Source: Eledone cirrhosa
Lineage: Eukaryota
Direction: 5' to 3'
Length of the DNA: 64,000 bases
NCBI GenBank assembly: GCA_964016885.1
Contig: OZ024742.1
Coordinates: forward strand, 140,616,001-140,680,000
Shown here: positions 35,601-43,683 of the stretch, one piece after another
Layout: each line of letters opens with the position of its first letter
How positions within the stretch are numbered: the first letter of the stretch is position 1
The notes under the pieces: model-generated
The model's database searches: none
Told to the model about the DNA's origin: nothing
The model's input: the letters and a program-made list of their open reading frames with translations, nothing else
Made by a program: the position numbers and the translations under genes

Positions 35601-38600
35601 AATGAAGGGCTACCCCAACACTGCTTGGGTCTTCGAACTTCACGTAACATACTCGAGCTGATACTTGGGAGTCGGATTCACTGAAAGTAGAGAGCAAATA
35701 CTAATAAACAAACCAGTCAAAGATAAAATACATAAGACATAAAATTAAGTGGAAAGATGGACATCAAGTTAGTAGAAAGATGGTTATTTTACTTGGTTGA
35801 CATATTTAGATTAAAATAAGTGGAGATTTCACATACTTAACAGCCAGTAATGATGTAGTTAAAAATATCTAAAAACAAGCTTGTTAATCCAAATATTTGT
35901 AGCATCATTGAGGAAATTGGCAGTAAACTGAAGTAAAGATTTCCATTTTTAATTAATGCTGTTTTGTGCTTTTCAGCCATGTCTTGCTAATATGGTTTTA
36001 TGTGATATGGGGACAAAGAGTTAATACTGAAGTACTAAACACATTTAGTACATAACATAATTATATAATAAACACTATATACTAATACTAAAATAATACA
36101 TATATATAATAAACACTGTACATTATAACTGGTTCTGGAGACGCATGCAGCTCTTAATCATTTATCAATCTCCTGTAGATCTTAGGTGCACCAAATTTTA
36201 TATATATATATATTTCATTAAATCTGCAACCTAAATAACAGCCATAACTTATGACTAGGATTTGAAGCAATTTCAGCTAAAATTCTCAGCTAAAAATCGC
36301 ATTGAGTAAGAAAAAGTTAGGTTCATTTATGTTTTCTTGTATGTAATAAATTATGTTGTATTGGCAGTCTCAATTACATTTTTTAAAGCCAAAAAATGGC
36401 TCTTTAGATTGAAAAGGTTCCCCACCTTTGTACTAATACATACTAAACACTAAAATAGTATATAGCAAGGTTGACCAACGGAGGGCGATTTCAACTGTTG
36501 GGTGAGTGATGAGTAACTGAACAGAATATGATGAGCAATTAGAAATTTTGGTGGGCAATATAGGATTTTGAGTATTAACTTTTAGTATTCACATTACTCT
36601 ATATATACTATTATATTTTCATGGTAAAGGCTTTACCTTGCATAATAATCTCACATAATATCGAATCTATGAGATTTTGAAAACAAAACCTTAACATCAG
36701 TTTGAGCGACCGGTTACTGCCAGTTTCAACAGAAAGAGGTAGAGAATTCTGGCCGGTTTTAACATTAAAAGGTTAAGTAGATATTTCAGCATAAGTTACC
36801 CCCAAAAAATATTCAAAGGAGATATGCAGATATCTTGTACAAAATAATTTTAAAAAATAGGAGGCTAAACAGGAATAACTGTGCATGTTTGATTGTATTG
36901 ATCACCAAGTGATTGCAACGCTCTTGTGTTCTCTTATTTGTGGAAAACAGACTTTGAGTAACAATATAACTAGTTGAATGAAAATGGTAACAGGATGATT
37001 GCGCCGTACAACATTGCGTTACTGGTCACAAAGGCTGGTAAGTCTCCCACTATAGGAGAAACATTACTTAAACTTGTTATTGAAGAAGTTCTCTCGACTG
37101 TAACACATAAAATGTCTGCGGCAATTATCAAGACAATTCCACTTAGTAATAACAATTTCTTCACGTATAAATGAAATGGCGACTGACATCAAACATCAAC
37201 TCATTCAGAATCTCCAGAGTTTTTAATTTCGACACAAATTGATGAATCAACAGTTGAAAGCAGTCACTGCTTGATAATGGTATATATTGTCAAAAGACAA
37301 CTGTGTTGTCTGTTTTTCGAACTGTTTGATACAATAATAAATTTGTTTCAAAACCCTCCACTATCCACTTCTCTGATTGCTTCAAAATGTGATATTTTTT
37401 TCCTTAACAACATATTCACCAAACTAAATGATCTCAGTATGTTATTGCAAGGAAAGCAAAAGACACTTGTCAACTGTAAATCATCCATTGCTGCCTTCAT
37501 TTCTAAATTAAAGCTAAATATGATGAACAGCTATCTACTATTCAACCAACAAGGGAGCATTAATAGGGTCACTTGATTTGTTAGAAACAGCAACCAAATC
37601 TCCATTAAATTATACCCAACTGTCTTTAACATCTGAATGTCCTGTACCACATGAAACCACATTAGCAAGACCTTGAATAGTACAAAATAGCACTATGACT
37701 GCATCACATTAACATTTTTAAAAGTTGTTACTTTAATACTGCAAATTTTTCACATTGACCTGTCCACTAGGAAAGATATGAACATTTAAATTAACAAATC
37801 TGTTTTAAAATATTTTCTGCTAAATCATTACAGAATCTTAAATAAAAAAGAATATATTAGACAAAAGAAGAGCAAGTATGTTATAAATTATCAATAATCA
37901 CGAAAAGTATTAAAATCAATGATTTTGTTTTTACCAACAACTGTCTTGGTATAAGCTTGTGAGACATGGACACTCACAAAGCTTGGAAACCAGCTTGACA
38001 GATTGTATTCCAACATGTTACAAATGGTTCTCAACATCACTTGAAAAAACCACAGTCAATATAGAACTTTAGGATAGTCTGCCAGTATTAACTGAAAAAA
38101 TAGCAATTGGCAGGTCATCCTGAAGAAACAGCATCAAATCTAATGTTATGGCAGTCAACACATGGACAGATTAACCAGAGGGAAATCCACTAACTTCATT
38201 GTCATACTTCAGTAAGACACTAGATTGAAGACTGTATCGGAAATATGAATAATGATGAAAGACAGACATCTGGTATGGGTATGTTTCTTTTGTTTAATTG
38301 GAAGATCAGCTGAGATGAGATATATTAGACTATGTGGTTTCTGACATATAAATGGCTATGACTGGAACACTTATGATGATGGCTTTGTTCAATCAGAGTT
38401 GTTTTGGAGCTAAGCAGCAATAATAACCACATGAAATAGTAGCCAGCCAAGTCCCCCTTTATACAACCCAACACCTTAAAAAAGAAGGTCATATTACTGA
38501 ATGGGTACACTATACCAAGGATAAAAACTGGATGGTCATGGTGAGAATACATTTGAGCATAGGATTGCTTGATTAGGGCTGACCTAAACAGCCACAAACT

Positions 38601-41600
38601 ACTATGACCGTCACTTGCAATCTAGTATGCTTTTCTCAATGAAGTTGCGAGTAAACAAGCGTGCTCTTGACCTCTTACTCGATCCAACAGAACATCCAGG
38701 ATATGACAGCTAGGAGAGATGGCTGCACCAACATTGGGCAAGTCCTTTTTGACCTCAGTAAAATTAGAGCGCAGAGCTGGAACCAATATTCAATGCTCTA
38801 ATATTTCTGCCAAATCGATTGCCTTCAACAACTTATAAAATGTGTAAAAACAAAGGTTTTTTTTTTCACCCACTTATTTCAAGGAGGCTCGTGGGGGATA
38901 GAGTCTTATCAGAAACAACTGGCTCCAAATGATCTGGATGGATCCCCGGGTGAAACCAACCAGGCTATTGGATGTTATCCAACCATCTTGCTCATGGTCT
39001 ACCTCTTTGACTCCTGTTAGTGGTTTTGCTTGTAAAATCTGTTGAGTGATTCTTTCCTTAGTCATTCTAACCACATGTCCATAGAACAGGGGCTGTGATC
39101 TTATGATATGAAGAACTAGCTGCTCTACCTGGAGGGACTCTCTGAGCTATGCACCTTATTGAGCAACATTACTCTGACGACTCTTCAGAGGAACCTCATT
39201 TTGAGCGCTTGTATTCTTTCTGTCATTAACCAAGATTCATGAGTCATGTTAAAAGCTTTAAATAGAGATAGTATGCTCTGGTTGATTAGTGTGTGCTGAG
39301 TAGCCTGGATTTCTAGAAAGACACACAAATGTGGCAATCAGGAGTGGTAAACCCAATATTTTAAAAAAAGGGATGAAAGTGTGCTCTAATTATAGAGGAA
39401 TCTTCTTATTTAGCCTCTCTGCTAAGTGTCTAGCAAAGAAATCTAAAGATATTGTCAAGTAGCTGATGAACAGTATGGTTTTTGCCCCAGATGTATCAGA
39501 GCCAAACAAATATTCGTCCTGTGGCATGTGTTCGAGAAATTGTGGGAGTATTGCCAGGTGTATGCTTGCTTCATGGACTTCAAAAAGGTATACAACTGTG
39601 TTCTACAGGATTTGTGGAAGGTTCTGCACAAGGTACTTTGAAATCTTTATATGAATGTCCTAGTATTTGTTTGAAATGGTGTTAAATCAAAGCCATTCAA
39701 GGTGGGAGTCAGAATCTGCCAAAGGTGTGTACTGTCACCTCTCCTGTTCATAATTTTCATGAACAGGACTGATACACCCAGTCGGGTTGGAAATGGTATC
39801 AAAACCAGCATGTCAGAAACAGTTAGCTGATACTAGCAAATGACATGGTGCTACTTAACTTATCAGAAGGAATAAAAGTCAGTACACACTGAAAGGAAGG
39901 ATGTCCAGCTGTAGAACACATGCCTAAAACTGCCATTAAATACTGGCTTGGTCTGCAACAACCTGTCTAATCAAATGCTAGGAAGGAAAATGGGATTAAA
40001 TGATGCTGATGAAAAGTGAAATTTAGCAAAATCTTTTCTAAACCTAATCTTGTAGAATTGCTGCACTCTTTTTGCCACTAATATCACTAAATGACACCAC
40101 CACACAATATAACCAATGTATTTGCTCAGTCTACCTCCTCCAACTAATACACATACATTTTATGACTACAAAATTTCACTCACAAAGTATGAGCCAACCT
40201 GCAGCTATAGTAGAAGACACTTGCCAAAAGTGCCATACAGTAGTATAACCGAAACCATGTGGTTGCAGAGCAAACTTTTCAACCACATGACCACGCTTCC
40301 TTGCATCTACTAGGTGGTAACAGAAGTTATCTACACTTTACAAACAATATCAATTTTTGTCTTTTTCAAAATCTCATTGAAAGTTGCATCTCCTCTTCTA
40401 GTTACAACTGGTGTCTCCCTTTATTAGGCTCCAAGCTAAACATTTTCTCTAATAATTCCTTTTCCAAAACTTATTTCTAACTACATAGTCAACTATTCAA
40501 ATTAATTTGAATATATTAAAAGCAGTGAGCATAGAATTACAATTTTTTAGTGCTTATATAATTGTTTCTACTTTTGGCACAAGGCCAGCAATAACTCCAG
40601 TGTATTACTGGAACTTTATTTTATCAACCCCTGTAAGGATGAAAGGCAAAGTTAACCCCGGCAGGATTTGAACTCATGATAAAGGGCCGTAACTCTATGC
40701 TACTAACCATGGCGTCCAGACTAAAATCAAAACCATTTAAACTATTTCCTTACATATGGGAGATAACTTCAGAAATGCTTCCATCTTATTAGGCTTCTTC
40801 AGTAAAATACAGGCTTCAATGCACTTGTCAAAGTATTGATGTTCTCTGCATTGAATGTTAACGCTAACTTAACTATTGTTTTGCATGTAATTGAGTAATC
40901 TCTTCCGTGATGTATTCAAATTGAACAGATATATATCACTTCTTCCGATCAGAATAAAGACACTGGCTTTCTTCTTCAAAGTAATAATGTAGAGAGGAAC
41001 AAATACAATTGTAGAAATTTTTTAGAATCGAAACATGATCATCACATCCACATGACAGAAACATTGCATTTTAGGCAATGTTTCTAGACATAAGCTCGAT
41101 CTGGGAGCTGGATGGCGATTGAGGAACACGGACAAACAAATGATCTTTGCATGTCCCTCCGAGACTGGTGAGGTTGGTGCGGTGTACCCGCATCTTGGAC
41201 ATCTGTAAGTAAAATGTGGGCAAGGAGGGAGACACGCGTGTTTGGTATGAATGTTTGCAATAAAACAAATACCGTTATAAACACCAGTGGTTCACCCAGG
41301 CACCTCTTCCGATGCCAAGAAACCGAGAACATGTTGATTTAAAAAAATAAAGTTTGTACAGCGAGTTGAAAATGCAAGGATTATTTCAATGTCAAGAATA
41401 AAAACAACGAATCACATGCATTAAAATAAATGTAAATCTATATTATAACTGTATATAGCCTTGTACCTCAAATGAAAGAAAAATAAAGAGGTGGAGGCAA
41501 GTGTTCTAAAATCCATTCATTCACACCAGGGTGTTGTGTACGTTTTTCACTCTCAATTTATATTGAATAAACCGAATATTATTACTTATTTTGTCCTTAA

Positions 41601-43600
41601 AATAATTACGATAACGTTTTAAACACCTGGGGAATGAGATAAGATTAGAATCACAATATTGATAAGGAGGTTGCGAGTTTTAAAGATCTGCTACTAACAT
41701 GCTCATATCTATCGCTACAAGTCAAACTACTAAATGTACAAGCATACTAATGAAGATATTACTGTTGCCTTAAGCTAATGACTTGGGACTATAGATTTAA
41801 GACTCAACAAGTGTACATAATGTCGTCAACACAAAGTTTTTTGTGAAATGAGAGAAAATATTCAAAAAATATGCAAGAACAAATATTAGGGGGAAAAATT
41901 CGTTTCTCAAAGAGCGGTGGATTGTTGGAATGCTTTGCCAGAAAATGTGGAGCACTCGACCACTGTAAATGTTTTTAGATCTTTTTAAAATATGATAAAT
42001 TGTTAATTTTGCAACAGAAAATATTAAACATGGAGACTAGCTAACAATCAATCAAGCAGCAGTAGGTACATATTTCAGTCTAGTTTACCATACTAGCGAG
42101 ATATTAATAACAACTTGGGATTATAGATTTAAGAGACAGCAAGTATTTCTATACAGGTATCGAATAATTTATCCGAGAAATAAAATTTTATTTATCTGTT
42201 AAATAAAATTTATACATATAGTTTTTACTTTAATTCGTATTATTTTCATCCTATATATTGTGGTATTCTATAGTTACCTTAACAATGATATATCACTTTA
42301 AAGTTCCCACGTTGTTCCGGCCCTAATAGTTTTAACCTAAACTTTGATATGGTTTGGTTCGAAAACTTGACAGCAATCATACAAAAAAGATCAATATAAG
42401 AAGCACTGGAATCCAGAGAGCGAATCGAACACATCGTATTAATAATTTGTATAGACCCTACTTTACAAGTGTATTATTTTGTATTTGTTAAATACAATTT
42501 ATTTATTTCACGATCTTCGGTCCCAAGTTTGCTGGATAAATGCTTCGGTACCTGTATATATTCTACTATCTTTTAGAGAGAAAGACAAAAATATTTAATC
42601 AATTCCTTTTATATTTATACAGTTAAATGATGACAATAAACATTTTATTTTTCCTATGTGTTTTCCAGTTTGCAAGTGAATAAATTGAATACTCACCTGT
42701 TAATAAATTTGATACATTCAAGACTGCAAGCGAAGAAATATCAATTGAGTATATTGAAAACTCTTCACATCTTTTAACATTTTATTTACTTTATTTGATT
42801 CTTTCTTAACTATAAACATTTGAAATTTACTTTATAGTTGGCTAAGTATTAAATTATCTGTTCGCAACATATACCACAACAGGATTAAAGTCTCGAACGT
42901 ATAATTTGAAAAATATTCATTCGATCACGGGAAAACACTTTAAGACACTTAAGAATTTAATATCTAAACTTATAAAGAAGATTTAAAGTAATTTGCAAAA
43001 ATTCATTATATATATATATATAAATATACAAAGGAAGCCGTTTATAATCACAGATAATACTTTCAAGAAGTTATCACGATTATTGAGTCCTAAACACGAC
43101 CAGGATAGTGTTATATCCTCTGCTTAACATTACCAGCCAGTTATCGAAAAGGCTCCGCCGAGTGATCATTATAAGCGGCTTCCACTGTATATGTATATGT
43201 ATGTATGTGTGTATATATATATAATATACACATACATACATATACATTCATATTGGACGATCGTTTGCAAAAAGGGTCTCATGACGAATTTGATGTTAAC
43301 ATTAATACAAATAATCAAAAAGGAAGATACGAATAAAAAGTGCTAAATATATAATACATTTTTTTTGTTAAATCTTAAACAAGTTAGTTATACGAGAAAT
43401 TAAAATCTTAACAAAAGACAAGAATGGCAAACACATGACGTTATATGAACTCACTCTGATGGGTACATACGGACTTCCTCGATCCTTCCAAGAAAGGAAA
43501 ATAAGGTTTTCATTTGTTCTTTAATTGCTCCAGGTGCTACATTTGTAACTTGTATAACTTTTGTATTGAGTTTACAATCAGCAACCGTTGAACCAGCCAT
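8867..43600 (-). CDS. SRSF11: SR splicing factor of the SRSF11/SREK1 (Srp54) family; two RRMs plus RS domain
   Basis: 13 core exons join with matching phases. Motifs: VIQVTNV, RVCYVKF, HLTNTVFIDRALIVVP, KIEEIRRTVYV, QVGEVKYVRMAG, AFVEF, EEAMKKVKEAQSLI, RS repeats, TPPKAYSARRSR, VTRDYDEEEKGY and terminal DMDMSD. Start context caaccATGG. Probably a single pro-ortholog of vertebrate SRSF11 and SREK1. Confidence 0.92.
9558..10265 (-). mobile_element. Non-autonomous Helitron-like element with internal ~190-bp tandem repeats
   Basis: Subterminal hairpin tacccag-cgttgc-ctgggta (9568-9587) just inside a (C/T)TAG|T-like end on the - strand. Three repeats of 'gctgccacgc.gtccctgaacaa..aa..aaa..ataaagc'. 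Confidence 0.6.
10424..10522 (-). CDS. SRSF11: SRSF11-like RS exon (99 nt)
   Basis: attccag acceptor; RNRPARNPRRRSTSPPRNRRSRSRSGSRHKSS; AG|gtattt. Confidence 0.87.
12001..12060 (-). CDS. SRSF11: SRSF11-like RS exon (60 nt)
   Basis: caacag acceptor; SHEKRSRSRTPSKKSRRSH; AG|gtcagt. Confidence 0.85.
12509..12783 (-). mobile_element. CORE-type SINE copy with internal deletion
   Basis: TSD ttgaaat at 12502-12508 and 12784-12790; interrupts an AT-rich MITE. Confidence 0.85.
13318..14452 (-). mobile_element. 5'-truncated RTE-clade LINE (RT C-terminal region, 3' UTR, (GAT)n tail)
   Basis: Uninterrupted 273-aa frame with [34 protein letters not shown] 3' UTR follows, ending in (cat)n on the + strand at about 13318-13340. 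Confidence 0.9.
14470..14778 (+). mobile_element. CR1 LINE 3'-end fragment (same family as 61170-62072) nested in a MITE
   Basis: Close match to about 61805-62070, including the cattttcattattatt tail; flanked by ttaaaa. Confidence 0.8.
15293..15442 (-). CDS. SRSF11: SRSF11-like RS exon (150 nt)
   Basis: ctttcag acceptor; SMKRRSRSRSRQKSPVKKKYISPSPPKLTRECSLPLKDDDKDSSPERKS; AG|gtaggt. Confidence 0.85.
17606..17916. repeat. Long near-perfect inverted repeat
   Basis: Arms 17606-17736 and 17773-17916; 36-nt spacer. Confidence 0.92.
18024..18364 (-). mobile_element. CORE-type SINE copy inserted in a (TA)n tract
   Basis: Near-identical to 60646-60980. Confidence 0.85.
18854..19172. repeat. Palindrome of two head-to-head RTE/SINE 3'-tail fragments
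   Basis: Centre gccaaccac-gttgtaaat-gtggttggc; (cat)n and (gat)n tails at the outer ends. Confidence 0.85.
20157..20207 (-). CDS. SRSF11: SRSF11-like RS exon (51 nt)
   Basis: ttaacag acceptor; RTPPKAYSARRSRTPP; CG|gtatgt. Confidence 0.87.
21053..21376 (+). mobile_element. CORE-type SINE copy (opposite orientation)
   Basis: Reverse complement of the 18024 and 60646 copies; gatgatgat tail. Confidence 0.85.
21895..21972 (-). CDS. SRSF11: SRSF11-like RS exon (78 nt)
   Basis: ttacatag acceptor; TRHPRSRSRGRKSRSPHRKRSRSRT; AG|gtatat. Confidence 0.87.
22402..22640. mobile_element. Second, older and very abundant TTAA-flanked AT-rich MITE family
   Basis: ttaa(c)ccttttgatacc...atggtaatgaaaggg(t)taa. 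Diverged copies near 5342, 6914, 25773, 30986, 33605, 49330, 50890 and 58275. Confidence 0.6.
24859..24924 (-). CDS. Candidate frame-preserving cassette exon of the SRSF11-like gene
   Basis: atttcctag acceptor, AG|gtattt donor, 66 nt, phase 2-2, open: (R)SPVEVKAKMRNHNDEWHMQHF. Confidence 0.55.
25451..25599. mobile_element. hAT (Buster/Charlie-like) MITE
   Basis: CAGGCACAGGGAAC...GTTTGCCCATGACTA termini; 8-bp TSD ctatagtc/ttatagtc with central TA. Confidence 0.6.
27574..27841 (-). CDS. SRSF11: SRSF11-like exon 7 (RS domain start)
   Basis: ttttcag acceptor; ITDKKRSRSRSKSKSRRRHSRSRS...HHRTRS; AG|gtgaaa. Confidence 0.9.
29305..29435 (-). CDS. SRSF11: SRSF11-like exon 6
   Basis: tttgcag acceptor; VSHANSSIVKPVNKSQETAQRELEEAMKKVKEAQSLILAAVEP; G|gtaaat. 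Confidence 0.92.
30695..30899. mobile_element. piggyBac-like MITE copy
   Basis: ttaaccctg...aaagggttaa; homologous to 48922-49138. Confidence 0.78.
31114..31289 (-). CDS. SRSF11: SRSF11-like exon 5 (RRM2)
   Basis: tttcag acceptor; VTAEQLLAFFSQVGEVKYVRMAGEENMPTRCAFVEFTDQRAVATVLTYNNTMLGGRPI; AA|gtaagt. Confidence 0.93.
31590..31900. repeat. ~90-bp minisatellite, about 3.5 copies
   Basis: 'caaccatctcattcc' and 'ttcacaacattca' recur at about 90-bp spacing. Confidence 0.75.
32290..33110 (-). mobile_element. Older degenerate copy of the same RTE LINE family
   Basis: VVGSFCYLGDIISSGGG...[12 protein letters not shown], with a decayed upstream Cys/His finger region. Confidence 0.8.
33347..33502 (-). 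CDS. SRSF11: SRSF11-like exon 4
   Basis: MTGQGNGQVITTYDPRLTALGLAQYPPLPGTTDPSKIEEIRRTVYVFNIDSS; TCC|gtaagt. Confidence 0.92.
34300..34400 (-). CDS. SRSF11: SRSF11-like exon 3
   Basis: ctctag acceptor; KIPDETTALQLAPSAIAGMIPGQPAWPSNVVSQ; CAG|gtatgt. Confidence 0.9.
35547..35680 (-). CDS. SRSF11: SRSF11-like exon 2 (RRM1 C-half)
   Basis: ctttcag acceptor; ESDSQVSARVCYVKFEDPSSVGVALHLTNTVFIDRALIVVPVMD; G|gtaaac. Confidence 0.93.
36575..36776. mobile_element. piggyBac-like MITE copy
   Basis: ttaactttt...aaaggttaa; homologous to 48922-49138. Confidence 0.75.
36974..37540 (+). pseudogene. hAT (Buster/Charlie-type) transposase relic
   Basis: YNIALLVTKAGKSPTIGETL, IKTIPLSNN, MATDIK, and IFTKLNDLSMLLQG..IAAFISKLKL motifs, broken by frameshifts and deletions. 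Confidence 0.8.
39300..39860 (+). mobile_element. Degenerate LINE reverse-transcriptase fragment (RTE-like)
   Basis: PIFKKGD..CSNYRGI, EQYGF, and GV..QRCVLSPLLF-like motifs with frameshifts. Confidence 0.65.
42154..42554. mobile_element. Tc1/mariner-like MITE
   Basis: TA flanks. Imperfect 27-bp TIRs CAGGTATCGAATAATTTATCCGAGAAA and CAGGTACCGAAGCATTTATCCAGCAAA. Confidence 0.65.
42697..42723 (-). CDS. Candidate 27-nt in-frame microexon in SRSF11-like intron 1
   Basis: tttcttcgcttgcag|TCTTGAATGTATCAAATTTATTAACAG|gtgagt; phase 2-2, no stop; inserts LECIKFINS. Confidence 0.5.
43455..43600 (-). CDS. SRSF11: SRSF11-like exon 1 (start, RRM1 N-half)
   Basis: MAGSTVADCKLNTKVIQVTNVAPGAIKEQMKTLFSFLGRIEEVRMYPS; donor GA|gtgagt. 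Confidence 0.92.
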
Positions 43601-43660
43601 GGTTGTGCACAAATTTTTTTTGTGCAAACGGATTACCGGCAAAATGGTGATTGTTTATAG

Positions 43661-43683
43661 GCGGAAGTGACGTCACCGGAAAT
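43661..43683. promoter_or_regulatory. Overlapping ETS-CRE composite element plus second ETS site in the SRSF11-like proximal promoter
   Basis: GCGGAAGTGACGTCAC (43661-43676) followed by CCGGAAAT, about 60-80 bp upstream of the ATG, in a locally CpG-enriched patch. Confidence 0.7.

Noticed and set aside
40949-41045. Possible C/D box snoRNA on the - strand (GTGATGA...CTGA, ~97 nt)
   Set aside because: Terminal stem is poor, there are no clear C'/D' boxes, and I recognise no rRNA or snRNA complementarity.
43601-43642. N-terminal extension MPVIRLHKKNLCTT in the ORF track
   Set aside because: It starts at a non-ATG codon. The ATG at 43600 has a strong Kozak context and directly precedes the RRM.
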